Shown in pieces: positions 1 through 13,221 of a DNA stretch of 64,000 nucleotides. Made by a program: the position numbers and the translations under genes. The notes beneath the pieces are model-generated. The model saw only the letters and a program-made list of their open reading frames with translations, had not been told where the DNA came from and made no database searches. The stretch covers positions 29,326,001 to 29,390,000 of the forward strand of contig NC_043015.1 in assembly GCF_006345805.1 (NCBI RefSeq), given 5' to 3'. This DNA comes from Octopus sinensis. Lineage: Eukaryota. How positions within the stretch are numbered: position 1 is the first letter of the stretch; each line of letters opens with the position of its first letter.

Positions 1-200
1 CTAAGTTACAGGATCATAAACAAACCAACACCAGTCGTGGTAGAGGAAGAACACACACAAAGACACACCCACTACAACTACATTTTTCAATGTCTTTCTT
101 TTCATGACAATAGAATATAATAGGTGTGTTGGGGGCGCTAGAAAATTTGACTGCTATTTCTAGCAAATTGAGCAACCACATAGAGGCTTTTTACGATAGT

Positions 201-845
201 CGCAGGAGTGGCTGTGTGGTTCCGGGTTCATTCCCACTGCGTGGCACCTTGGGAAAGTGTCTTCTACTATAGCCTCGGGCCGACCAAAGCCTTGTGAGTG
301 GATTTGGTAGACGGAAACTGAAAGAAGCCCGTCATATATATATATATGTGGAGGCGCAACGGCCTAGTGGTTAGGGCAGCGGACTCGCGGTTGTGGGATC
401 GCAGTTTCGATTCCCAGACCGGGCGTTGTGAGTGTTTATTGAGCGAAAACACCTAAAGCTCCATGAGGCTCCGCCAGCGGTGGGGCGATCCCTGCTGTAC
501 TCTTTCGCCACAACTTTCTCTCACTCTTTCTTCTGTTGGCCTGCTCACTTAGCCAGCGGGGTGGCGTCATTTGAAGGCTAAAACAATGCGAAACGCATTG
601 TGACCAGCGATGTGTAACAACATCTGATGACCTGGTCGGTCACGGTGATATATATATATGTGTGTCTGTGTTTGTCCCCCTAGCATTGCTTGACAACAGA
701 TGCTGGTGTGTTTACGTCCCTGTCACTTAGCGGTTCGGCAAAAGAGACCGATAGAATAAGTACTGGGCTTACAAAAAGAATAAGTCCCGGGGTCGCGGTG
801 CTCCAGCATGGCCGCAGTCAAATGACTGAAACAAGTAAAAGAGAG
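201..845 (+). mobile_element. tRNA-derived SINE family A (GGAGTGGCTGTGTGG head, internal TA/TG tract, GTAAAAGA tail); other copies at ~2195-2598(-), 17829-18520, 21675-22270(-), 25150-25555, 29350-29770(-), 41873-42265(-), 42270-42645, 42897-43343(-), 49058-49467, 57030-57443, 60455-60850(-)
   Basis: More than ten near-identical dispersed copies with pol III A/B-box-like head. This copy has a family-B SINE nested in its TA tract. Confidence 0.92.
350..648 (+). mobile_element. tRNA-derived SINE family B (GGCGCAATGGCCTAGTGGTTAGGGC head); other copies at ~6027-6321(-), 16097-16380, 21123-21433(-), 46665-46820(-), 58400-58638(-), 63232-63607(-)
   Basis: tRNA-like head with A box and GTTTCGATTCC B box, followed by a shared ~230-bp body. 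Confidence 0.9.
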
Positions 846-907
846 AGTTAATGGTGGCGGTGAATGTGTCAATGATGATGATGATCTTTTACCTTTCTGT
901 CTTTCAG

Positions 908-997
908 TTGTTCATCGACATCAGTGAGAAGAAGAAGAGGTGGTTGCAGAAGCTGACCGTCTTCAGGAAACGGAAGACTTCAAGCCTTCTGCTTTAA
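908..997 (+). CDS. Probable terminal coding exon of a gene upstream of the window (LFIDISEKKKRWLQKLTVFRKRKTSSLLL*)
   Basis: Good acceptor ttttacctttctgtctttcag, protein-like phase-0 frame ending TAA, AATAAA near 1163. Protein not recognised. Confidence 0.45.
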   Translation: MFIDISEKKKRWLQKLTVFRKRKTSSLLL

Positions 998-3900
998 AAC
1001 ACACACACACACACACACACATACATACACACGCACATTCACAAGCTCACATATTTAAATATATACACATGCACACACACACACAGACTCTCACAAACAC
1101 GAATTTTCATTCAAATTCACAGAAATATATTACAAGAACCAAATACGAAATGAAAAACCAAAAATAAATATTCCCGAAATATGATTTTTTTGGAAATTAT
1201 CAATTTTTGTTTTAATTCTCTGCATATTAATGCATGCATTTTTATTTATTTTTTTTTTTTTTACTTGTTTCAGTCATTTGACTGTGGCCATACTGGAGCA
1301 CCATTTTTTAAGTGTTTTTGTTGAACAATTTGACCCCAGGATTTTTTTTTTAAGCCTAGTTTTGGACCCTGATGCAGCTTCTAGTCTTACCAGCTCTAGT
1401 CAAACTGTCCAACCCATGCCAGCATGGAAAGCAGACATTAAATGATGATGATGATGATCTGGTGGTAGGTGGTGGTGGTGGTGGTGGTAACAGTGGTGAT
1501 GATGGTGGTGGTGGTGTTGATGATGATTTGGTGGTGGTGGGTGGTTGTGGTACTGGTGGTGGTGTTGGAAGGTGCTGATGCTAATGGTAGTGGTGGTGGT
1601 AGTCATAGGTGGTGTGTCGGTGGTGGTAGGTGTAAAGAAATGAAGACATTAACTATACAAGAAAAAGAAAAAGAAAATACATGAATCAGTAAATTGCTTT
1701 GAGAATAGGAACCATGAGGAAGTCAGAGAAGGAAAGAGAAGACTCGTGTTTCGTTTGCATGTTTTAATCATTTACAATATGTTAAAACAAATGTTGTAAC
1801 ATTGAAATTGGCAGAAGCATAATAATAATAATAATAAAAATAATAATAATAATAATGTTAATGATGACGATTTCTAATATAGGCATAAAGTCAGAAATCT
1901 GAAAAGGGGGGGAGGGGTTTGGCCGATTCCATTAACTCCGATGCTTAACTTTACTCCCTTGATTTCAGGAACCTGGGAGATGACAGGTAAAGTCAGCCTT
2001 GGTGGGATTTGAACTCAGAACGTAAAGAGCCATAACTAAATGCCACAAAACGTTTTGTTTGATGCTCGAACGATTCCACCAGACCGTTTACCCTTTTGCT
2101 TACGTAAGCACAAGGCCAAGATTCGGTGATGCCGAGGGTTACAGTTGCCTATCTCAAACCCCAGTATTTGACTGGTATATTTCTTTTTTTCTTTTTCTTG
2201 TTTCAGTCAGTTGACTGCGGCCATGCTGGAGCACCGCCTTTAGTCGAGCAAATCGACCCCGGGACTTATTCTTTTGTAAGCCCAGTACTTATTCTATCAG
2301 TCTCTTTTGCCGAACCGCTAAGTGACGGGGACGTAAACACACCAGCACCAGTTGTCAAGCAATGCTAGGGGGACAAACACAGACACACAAACATACACGC
2401 ACACACACACACATATATATATATATACATATATACGACAGGCTTCTTTCAGTTTCCGTCTACCAAATCCACTCACAAGGCTTTGGTCGGCCCGAGGCTA
2501 TAGTAGAAAACACTTGCCCAAGGTGCCACGCAATGGGACTGAACCCGGAACCATGTGGTTGGTAAGCAAGCTACTTACCACACAGCCACTCCTGCGCCTA
2601 TATATATATATATATATATTTTTTATCAAACCTACCCAGAAAGTTGGAAGGCAAAGAGACCCACAACAGGATTTGAACTTGGAACATGAATTGCCTTTAT
2701 AATGCTGGTGATTACTAACATAAGAACAAGACCAGGAATATTTAAAGTGAGAGAGAGAGAGAGAGAGAAGGGGGTATCATAGTCTCTTATATTACCTTTC
2801 AGTACTTATAAGCTGGTACTTCTATTTTATCAAGCCCATAAGTATGAAAGGCAAAGTCAACTCTGGCAGGATTTGAGTTTAGAATGTAAAAAGCATTTTG
2901 TTTGACAATCTACCATTTCTGCCATCCTCCAAAGTAGTAGTAGTAGGAGGAGGAGGAATAGTAGTAATAGTTTCAAATTCTTATTTCTTTACTGCCCACA
3001 AGGGGTTACACATAGAGGGGACAAACAAGGACAGAGAAATGGATTAAGTTGATTACATCGACCCCAGTGTGTAACTGGTACTTATTTAATCGACCCCCAA
3101 AAGGATGAAAGGCAAAGTCAACCTCGGTGGAATTTGAACTCAGAACATAGCGGCAGATGAAATACCTATTTCTTTACTACCCACAAGGGGCTAAACAGAG
3201 AGGACAGACAAAGGGATTAAGTCGATTACATCGATCCCAGTGCGTAACTGGTACTTATTTAATCAACCCCGAAAGGAAATAGATGAAAGGCAAAGTCAAC
3301 CTCGGCGGAATTTGAACTCATAACGTAGCGGCAGAAGAAATAACGCTAAGCATTTCGCCCGACGTGCTAACGTTTCTGCCAGCTTGCCACCCTTTGCTAT
3401 GTTAATAATAATAAATAATAATAATAGTCCTTTCTACTATAGGCACAAGGCTCAAAATTATGTGGGTGGGTGCTAGTCGATTACATCGACCCCAGTGCTC
3501 AGCTGTTACTTATTTCATCGACCCCGAAAGGATGAAAGGTGAAGTCGACCTTGGTGGAATTTGAACTCAAAATATAAAGAAGGATGAAAAGCTAATGATT
3601 CTACCAGCTCGCCACCTAAATAATAATCCTTTCTACTAGGCCTGGAATTTGGGGGTGGCGGATAAGTCAATTAATATCAACCCCAGTATTCAACTGGTAC
3701 TTATTTTATTGACCCCGAAAAGATGAAAGATAAAGTCACCCTCGGTGGAATTTGAAGACAGATAAAATGCCGCTAAGCATTTCGCCCAGCATGCTAACGA
3801 TTCTACCAGCTCACGGCCCTAATAATAATAATAATAATGATGATGATGATTCACTCTTCAATAGGTACAATGCCTGAAATTTGGTGAGAAGAAGCTAGTC

Positions 3901-4501
3901 AGTTACATTGACCCCAGTGCTAAGCTGGTACTTTATTTTATCGACCCCCCAAAAGGATGAAATGCAAAGTCAACTTGGCCAAATTTGAATGCAGGATGTA
4001 AAAGAGCTACAAGAAATGCCACAAAGCATTTTGACCGACACATTAATGATTCTGTCAGCTTGCCACCTTAATAATTAATTAATTAATAATAATAATAATC
4101 CTTTCTTTAACGAGGAATGAGAGGATATTACATGAACAGATTACAAAATCAGAGTGGGTTTTCACACAGTCAATTACAGAGAACAAATTAATAATTATAA
4201 TGATAATTTCTATCTTTGGCACAATGCTACAAATTTTGGAGAAAAAAAAAGATATAGTTGATTGAAGAGATCTGCCATTATATGGCTGGTATAATTGATT
4301 TGTCAAACACTGGAATGGTGAAAGGCAAGGTTGGGACCTGGTAAAGTTTGAACTCAGGATATAAGGATAAGAAACTAAGCATGACAAGGCATTTCGGCTG
4401 GCACACTACTGATTCTTTTATTGGACATGTGTGTTTGATGTGGCCCTAGAGTTTTGACATTTAGTTGGTTGCTGGTATAGTGAGAGACAATATCGGTGGT
4501 T

Positions 4502-4605
4502 TTACCACCAGAATGAAACAGCTGGGTGCAGTTGTTTGGACATTGGTGATTTGACATTTCTGAAGGGACACTGAACCTGTTTTTGGCAATGGCCCTTTTT
4601 AGCAA
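4502..4605 (-). CDS. Candidate small peptide gene, exon B (VAKKGHCQKQVQCPFRNVKSPMSKQLHPAVSFWW*)
   Basis: Acceptor gtgcattttcctcag, phase 1, TAA stop; AATAAA 80 nt downstream at 4422-4417. Confidence 0.42.
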
Positions 4606-5343
4606 CTGAGGAAAATGCACAAATAAATATGCACTTACAAGTACAAAGATAGATAGATGGATATATATATATATATCCATGTAAACTCTGCATTATTTTG
4701 AAAGATTTTTTTGCATTTTGCATTAATACAGACATGTAATTTATTTATTATTAGCTATAATGATATAAACTATTTACATGTTTTTAAGTTATGAAACAAT
4801 TTGTTGTGATATTTGAATTTTCTTATTGTTAAACAAAATTTCGTCAAGCTATTTCTGTCATTTATAACTTTATATATATATACCAAGTATATATGATTTT
4901 ATTATTATTATTTTGCAATTCATTTAATCATCAGTATGTTATTGCTATTTTATTTTTTATATTTCTATTATATGTAATTTTCTAGATGGTGTAATTTAAT
5001 TGTTCATTTTAAATTGATAAAAGGTGATTTTTTTTTCTAATTTTTATATATAGATTATATTTTGTGAAATTTGATTTAGTATTTCTAAATTGAATTTTTC
5101 CCTGTAAGTTAGGAATAATATTCCCTCAATTTATTATTATATATGTATATATACATATGAGAGAGAGAGAGAAAGAGGCAATGCAATTCATTAATTGAAA
5201 TCATTGATGAACATTTTCCCTCTCCTCCATTCACTTAAAGAGAAATATACTCACACACATAAACAGAGATACGGATTGAGAGAAGAGATTAGAGAGAGAG
5301 AAAGAGAATGATAAAACAAAATTTTCACAATGCCAAAAAGTAC

Positions 5344-5437
5344 CATGGACAATGCTTCTGATATCAAAATAAGTCAGCGTTGAAACAACAGCGCCAAAGA
5401 GGAGCAGAGCCAAAACAGCTGTGCCGAAGCATCTCAT
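5344..5437 (-). CDS. Candidate small secreted/membrane peptide gene, exon A (MRCFGTAVLALLLFGAVVSTLTYFDIRSIVH)
   Basis: Signal-peptide-like N-terminus; phase-1 donor CATG|gtactt joins in frame to 4605. Confidence 0.42.
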
Positions 5438-7252
5438 ATCCTTTTGTCATGTCCATGCTTTTGGTACTGGGTCACAGTATTTATAATATGCATACTGCAC
5501 TCCAGCGTGTCACAGGAGGGAACTGAAAGAGCTGACCGTAGGAAGGGCATCAATCAACTCAAAATTTAAAGATTCATACTCTAACACTTCGAAGTCACTG
5601 TCACCCTTTTCTTTGTAAATATCAATCTGCTCCTATATTTAAAAGTATTGAGTTTATCCTTCAATGAATGTTTGACTGTTTTTGTGTATAACCATATGTT
5701 GAAACATTAATACATGCGCACGCACACGTGTGTGTGAGTATCTTATCAATCTACCCAGCGGTTCTAAGCAAAGTCAAGCTCAGTAGGTTTTGAACTCAAA
5801 TTAATAGCAACAATTCCTTATACAACCAAAAGGTCCCAAATTTTTGTAGAAGGCAACTGAGATGGTACAATGTTCAAGACCCTTTTTTTTAAAAAAAAAA
5901 AAGGCATTAGTAATGGTAATGTAAAATTATGTGGTTACAAATGGAAAATTGGAACTGGATTGTGGACTCTGAGACACCAGAAGCTTACTGTTAGATTATG
6001 TCACTTCAATAATAATAATAATAATAATCACGTGATCACGTGACCGACCAGTCCATCAGATGTAGTTACACATCGCTGGTCACAATGCGTTCGCATTGTT
6101 TTAGCCTTCGAATGCCGCCACCCCGCTGGCTAAGCGAGCAGGCCAACAAGAGAAAGAGTGGTGAAAGAGTACAGCAGGGATCACCACCTCCTGCTGGAGC
6201 CTCGTGGAGCTTTTAGGTGTTTTCGCTCAATAAACACTCACAACGCCCGGTCTGGGAATCGAAACTGCGATCCTACGACCGCGAGTCCGCTGCCCTAACC
6301 ACTAGGCCATTGCGCCTCCACAATAATAATAATAATATTAATAATAATGATAATAATAATAATCCTTTCTATTATAGGCACAAGGCCTGAAATTTGCAGG
6401 GAGAAGGCAAGTCGATTACATCAGCCTCTGTACTAAACTGGTCCTTATTTCATCAACCACGAGAGAAAGAAAGCGAAGTTGACTTCAGTGGAATTTGAAC
6501 TCAGAATGTTAAGATGGACGAAATGCCACTACGTTTTTTATCTGGCATGCTCATGATTCTGCCCGCTCATTGCCTTGGTAATCCTTTCCACTACAGGCAC
6601 GAGGCCTGAAATTTGATGGGAGGGGGTAAGCTGGTTACATCAACCCCGGTCCTCGATTGGTACTTGTTTCCTTAATCCCGAAAAGGACGTCAGGCAAAGG
6701 TGACCGCAGCAGAATTTGAACTCAGAATGTAAAGACAGACGAAATACCACTAGCGCCCGGAATGTTAACAATTCTGCCAGCTCAGCGCTTTTCGCCACCC
6801 CGAAAGGATGAAATGCAAAGTTGACCCCGGCAGAATTTGAACTCAGAATGTAAAGAGAGACAAAATACCACTAGCGCCTGGCATGCTAACAATTCTGCCA
6901 GCTCACTGCTTCTCGCCACCCCGAAAGGATGAAATACAAAATTGACCTCGGCAGAACTTGAACTCAAAACATAACGAACAGGAACAAATACTACAAGGCA
7001 TTTTGCCTGATGCTCTACCTATTCTGCCAGCTTGCCACTTTAAAAAATGTTTTCCAATTCAGGCACAAGGCCAGCAATTTTAGGGGAAGGGATTAGTCGA
7101 CACCATCAACCCCCAAAATACTTGACTGGTACCTTATTTTACCGAAAAGATGAAAGGCAAAGATAACCTTGGGGGAGGGTTTCAACTCAGAATTTATAAA
7201 TACCACAAAGGCCTTTTCCCTCGTGTTCTAACAATTCTGCCAAATCATTGCC

Positions 7253-7285
<33 letters not shown>

Positions 7286-8107
7286 GTTTCAAATTTTGGT
7301 ACAAGGCTAATAAGTTTGGGAGAGGGGGGGGCAATTTGATTATATTGATCCCACCAATGGTCCATTGGTACTTATTTTATTGACCCCGAAAGGATGATAG
7401 GCAAAGTCAACCTAGGTGCAAAGGCCTGAAATTTTAGGGTGAGGACTAGTCGATTAGATCAACTTCACTGCTCAACTGGCGCTTGTTGTTTCATTGATCC
7501 CCAAAAGGATGAACAGCAAAGTTGATCTCAGCAGAATTTGAACTCAGGATGTAAAGAACTAGAAGAAAGGCTGCCAAAGCGTTTTGTTTGACATGCGAAC
7601 AATTCTGCAAGATTATCAATAATAATAGCAATCCTTTCTACTATAGGCACAAGGCCTGAAATTTTGGTGGGAAGTGGACTAGTCAATTACATCGACCCCA
7701 GTATTTCACTGGTACTTAATTTATTGACCCCCAAAAGGATGAAAAACAAAGCTGACCTTGGTGGAATTTGAACTCAGGACGTGAAGAGAGACGAAATGCC
7801 ACTAAGCATTTTATCCAGTGGGCTAATGATTCTGCTAGCTTGCCACCTTAAAAGCAATAATAATAATAATCATAATAATCATAATAATAATAATTTAGAA
7901 GAGAAAATATGAAGAGATGAAAATAAAATAAGGTAAGACAATCTGGTACTCTTCAAAGGCACAAGAGAGAGAACAACAATTAGTTGGTTACATTGGCACA
8001 AAGTCATACATTTTAAGGGAAAAGTGTAGTCGAAAATATTGATCAAGCACATGGTTGATGTTTTATTTTATTGACCCTACCACACAAAAAAGTTGACTGC
8101 TGACATC

Positions 8108-8143
<36 letters not shown>

Positions 8144-8451
8144 TTTTTTTTTTACATTGGCACAAGGGAAAATAGGAGAATTCTGCTTTAAGCATGCCAC
8201 ATAACATCTTGTAACTTTTTTTTATTTTTTTCAGAATTTTCAGAAAATTCTTACAAATTTGTATTCTACACACAGGAATTCAAACACCTGGAATTAAAAT
8301 TTTCTTTTATTTTACAAGTTTTTTTTTTTTTGATTTTTAGAATTTATTTTTAAATTAAAGTTTCAAATACAGATGGTCTAAATTTCTGGCTTAACTCCCA
8401 TTAGATGTCTTTATGAGGAGAAAGATATTGAAAACCATCAATACATCAGAC

Positions 8452-8656
8452 CAGTGCTTTTCAAACTTTTTGCTGGAGCGGAACCCCAAGGAAACATTCC
8501 ACTGGCTCGAGGAACCCCTGTACAATAATTTAATAGTCTTATGCACACATATCTGCACAGGAGAAATAAAAATTACTGCCGATTTTAGCAGTTTTTTTGT
8601 AACTTCTTGAGGAACCCCAGGACTGTACTGGCGGAACCCTGGTTGAAAAACCACTG
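8452..8656. mobile_element. hAT-type MITE
   Basis: TIRs cagtgcttttcaaac / ggttgaaaaaccactg with a perfect 8-bp TSD catcagac (8444-8451, 8657-8664). Nested in a larger element with ~110-bp imperfect inverted arms (8170-8280, 8778-8880). Confidence 0.9.
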
Positions 8657-9949
8657 CATCAGACTAACAAAAAAAAAAAACAGGAGAGTATGAGGTGGTC
8701 GTGTGATGTGCTAAAAATAACAGCTAAATAGCCCTTAAATCATGCACCAAAAAAATTTTTTTTTTTCATAACCATATGAATTCTCATGTGTAGAACACAA
8801 ATTTGCAAAAAATGTTCTGAAAATTGCAAAAATTAAAAAAGCTACGAGGAGTTATATAGCATGCTTAAAACAGAATTCCACCAGGTAAATGGATGCTGCG
8901 GCAATTACAAAGGCAAATTATAAAAATGGTAGGAAGGGCTTACATGGAACCATATAAGAGAAAACAAACCATTATTTGTTGTGTCTGTTTTCTCATATGC
9001 AGATCCATGTAACGCTTCACTGGTCTTTTGTAATTTGAACTTTTAATGTCCCCTCATCCAATAATAATGATTGTTTTATCTTTTTACATTGGCACAAGCC
9101 CTCAATTGTAAGGTAAGTGGTGTACATGGTTTTAATCAGCACCTGTACTTGACTAGCATTTGTTTGTTCGACATCAGAGTGATTTGAACTCGAAACATAA
9201 AAGCGATCGTGATGGAAAGATGCAGGCATTTTTATCTGATTCTGTCACTCGCTGCATTCTTCAAATAAAATCAATATTTCTCAGCATAGACACAGGGCCT
9301 GCAATCTAGATTTGGGAAGAGGATAAGGCAATCAAATCAACCCCAGAACTTGGCTAGAACTTGAAAAGATGAAATGCCAAGTTAACTATGGTAGGATTTG
9401 AACCCAGAATGTAAAGATCAAAAAAACAAATACCACAAGGAATTTTATCCAAAGTTCTAACGATAATTCTAACGATAATTCTAACGATAATTCACCAAAA
9501 TAATTCTTTCTACCTGTAATAATAATAATAATAATGATAATAGTAACAATCCTTTCTACTATAGGCACAAGACCTGGATTTGTGGGGAAGGGCACAGTCA
9601 ATCACATCGACCCCAGTAATTGACTGGTACTTACTTTATTGACCCCGAAAAGATGAAAGTCAAAACGTCCTGAGTGGAATTTGAACTCAAAACATACTGC
9701 CTTAATAAATATAATAATAATAATAACAATAATCCTTTCTACTAAAGGCACAAGGCCTGAAATTTGGTGAGAGGGGGGTTAATCGATCACATGGACCTCA
9801 GTACTTGACTGGTACTTAATTTATTGACCCCCAAAAGGATGAAAGGCAGAGTCAACTCCAACAGAATTTGAACTCAGAACATAAAGACAGACGAAATGCC
9901 ACTAAGCATTTTACTTGGTATGCTAACGATTCTGCCAGCTCACTGCCTC

Positions 9950-9983
<34 letters not shown>

Positions 9984-12766
9984 GTTCAAATTTTGGGCAC
10001 AGGGCCAGCAATTTCAGGGTAGGGGTTAAGTCAATTACAACGACCCCAGTGCTCAAATGGTACTTATTTTATCGACTCCCACCCAAAGGGATGAAAGGTA
10101 AAGTTGACCTTGGTGGTACTTAGACTCAAAGTGAAAAAACCCAAAAGGAATGCTCTTAAGCATTTTGACAGACATGCTAATAATTCTTCCAATTATTTCT
10201 ATAAAGGGCACAAGGCCTGAAATTTTTGTTGGGAGCGGATCTAGTCAATTACATCAACCCCAGTACTTAGTTGGTACTTTATTTTACTGACTCTGAAAAG
10301 ATGAAAAACTAAGTCGACCATGGTGGTATATGAACATAGAGCATTAAAAAACCCCCAAAAGATGTGCCACTTAGCACTTTACCCAACATGCTAATGAATC
10401 TGAAAGCTCACGGCCTTTTGCCACCTAAAAATAATAACAACAGAATTTGTGACAATTTCACATTATATAAATTTTCTTATTTTTATTACGATGCAGAAAT
10501 TTATAGCTCTTCATAATACTGTTTATGTTAAAGAGTCCAGGACATTTACCCCCATGGACAATAAACCCCCACTCAAGGACAATTACCCATGCGGACAACA
10601 GATGATGATTTAAAACTTCTTAATATATTAGTGAGGGGTTAATTAACTAAGGACAACAAGGGTTAACATCGTATCAGGACAATTACACCCCCCTATAGAA
10701 AGGGGTGTAATTGCCCTGATACAATGTTAACCCTTTCATTACTGTATCTATTTTGAGATGCTCTGAGTTTCTTTCAATTAATTTTAAATATAACAAAGAA
10801 TTTAGTAAAATAATTTAGTTATCATTGTATTTAGGAATGGTCATTTTGCCATTTTAGCCAATAAAAACACACACTATATATATTTGGTGTTACTTTGCTT
10901 CAGTGTTATTCATTTTTTTACATTAATCTTAATCTTATTATGAATAACGCTGAAGCAAAGTAACACCAAATATATAGTGTGTGTGTTTTTATTGGCTAAA
11001 ATGGCAAAATGACCATTCCTAAATAAAACAATATCTGTTTCAACACACGACTTCACATCAAAAATCTTGCAAAACAAATATATAAACGTAATTTAGTTAT
11101 CATTAAGCTAGTGTTAGGAACCTAAATTGTGACTAAGGTTTGGTGGAAGATTTTAATTCAAAACTTATGAAAACAAGACATTTTTACCACATAGCCAGAG
11201 CTGGTCGCAGCCAGGTTGGCAACAAAAGGGTTAAAGAGCCTTTTGGGGTTTTTTTGATTTTTTTTTTATCATAGTGATCTACAAAATGGATTGAGGTCAT
11301 TGAAAGAATTCAATCTAGGTAGCTTAAAGTGTTGTAACAATATAATATTAAGCACGACTCGGCAGACATACTTTACTGATAGTATAAGACAATAAGAGTC
11401 ATTTCTCTTAGAAAGCGCAACATTCAGTGGGGGAGGGAACGCGCATACCTTAACGAGCATAATAATATTATAAATAATAATTGTTTCTAATTTAGGAGCA
11501 ATGCCAGCAGTTTTGAGATGTGGGGGAGGGGACTAGCTAGTTGATACCACTGAGCCTCAGTTATCAAGCCTGGGACTTTATCTTATCAAGCCCGGGGGTG
11601 GCTGAAAGGCAAAGTTGACCGTGACAAGATTTGAACATTATAAATAATAATAATAATAATAATACAAATTTCTAGTACAGACATGCGGCCAGAAATTGGG
11701 AGATGGTGGGTGGGTGGGCGGAAGAAGAGTTAATTATATGAACCCCAGTATATGACAGGTACTTATTCTATTGCCACTCAGAAGGATGGAAGGCAAAGTT
11801 GACCCCAGCAGGATTTGAACACAGAATGTGAAGAACGGGATCAAACACCAGAAGGTATTTTGTTTAACTCTGGCCCCTTCCCTTAATAATAAATAGCTTC
11901 TGATATAGGTACAAGGCCAGTGATTCCAAAGGGAGGGATAAGCTGATACCACCAACCACCCCCTCCTCCAGTACATTATTTTATCAACCCCAAAGAGATG
12001 GAAAGGCAAAGTTGACCTTGGTGGGTTTTGAAATCAGACCCTAAAGAGCCAGAAGTAAAACTGTGAAGCATTGCTTCTAACGCTCTCCTGATTCTGTCGA
12101 TCCACCGTTCTTAATAATAAAAACAATCATAATCACAATAGTAATGATGATGATTTCGTATTTTGGCACAAGGCCAGCAATTTCAGGAGGGGGGGGGGCA
12201 AGTCCATTACATCGACCCCAGTGCTCAACTGGTACTTAGTTTATCGACCCCGAAAGGATGAAAGGCAAAGTCGACCTCGGCGGAATTCGAACTCAGAACG
12301 TAAACACAGATGAAATGCCGCTAAGCATTTTGCCCGGCGTGCTACCGATTCTGCCAGCTTGCCGCCTTGGGTAATGATATTAATAATAATATAGTAGTAG
12401 TAGTAGTAGTAGTAGTAATATTAACAAAGATGGTGATGGTGATGAGGTTGGTGATGATGAAGATGACGACAGTGATGTATGCTAAGACGGTCGCAATAGC
12501 TTTTAAGCACCAACAGGTGAGAAAGCTCATTAGTTTTCAAAGGAAAAAAAATTTTTAAACAAAAGTTTATTTTTCAAAAGTTAGTTATTAACAAACTAAT
12601 ATTGAAGTTTTATACATGTAGGTGTGTGTGTGTGTGTGTGTGTGTGCAGGTGGTGCACACATACATATGTGCGCGTGTGTGTGTGTGTGTACAACCATGT
12701 GGGAGTGTATGCATGTGTGCGGGTATTTGCATGTGTCTGCATTTAGTTTTGAATTTTTCTTTTTCT

Positions 12767-12798
<32 letters not shown>

Positions 12799-12869
12799 TT
12801 CTCAGCACAGCCAAAAGAGTTCATCAAGTTGAACTTTCAATGTCCAACATTAAAGGTCCATTGTCCATT

Positions 12870-12958
12870 TTATTTCTTGGCCAAAGCAACTCCGAGACCA
12901 ACCAGACTTCCAATAGTTAGTACGGCACCGCCAATTATAGCCATTCCCATCAGGCCTT
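12870..12958 (-). CDS. FIS1: FIS1 terminal exon, C-terminal tail anchor (EGLMGMAIIGGAVLTIGSLVGLGVALAKK*)
   Basis: Acceptor ttttcacag; hydrophobic TM helix, basic tail, TAA. The five exons total 459 nt = 152 aa + stop with all phases consistent. Confidence 0.96.
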
Positions 12959-13221
12959 CTGTGAAAAGAAAGAAGATTGAAAGCAAAACATGAGTCAACA
13001 TCCACTGACAAGGTTACAAATTTTGGAAGATAAATACAAAAAAGTTACATTTGGTGTTCAAATTTTACTATTAGATATATCTAACAAGTCAGTAAAATCA
13101 GGACCTATTCTATACGGTCACTCAGCCTGCTAAAAATAACTGTCAAATTCCCTCAAATCACATCCTACTGTCTCAAAACAGAGAAGAAAACAAAAATAAA
13201 AATTATAGCGAGGCCCACCAA

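Larger units (their letters stand above)
2790..12370 (-). mobile_element. Dense cluster of Nin/Deu-domain-type SINEs (family C) interleaved with (AAT)n; further copies at ~25825-26270, 27500-27962, 35455-35800, 38260-38670, 40465-40870, 53452-53670, 57865-58065
   Basis: Recurrent core GAGGTCGACTTTGCCTTTCATCCTTTCGGGGTCGATAAA..AAGTACCAG, resembling the Nin/Deu SINE domain (assignment from memory). Confidence 0.85.

Noticed and set aside
350-425. tRNA gene (also 31820-31893 and other SINE heads)
   Set aside because: The tRNA-like heads run directly into shared SINE bodies, lack a proper acceptor stem and terminator, and occur in many diverged copies.
5344-5632. Selenoprotein call from two in-frame TGA codons
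   Set aside because: No resemblance to known selenoprotein families, no redox-motif context and no SECIS recognised; kept only as a low-probability option.
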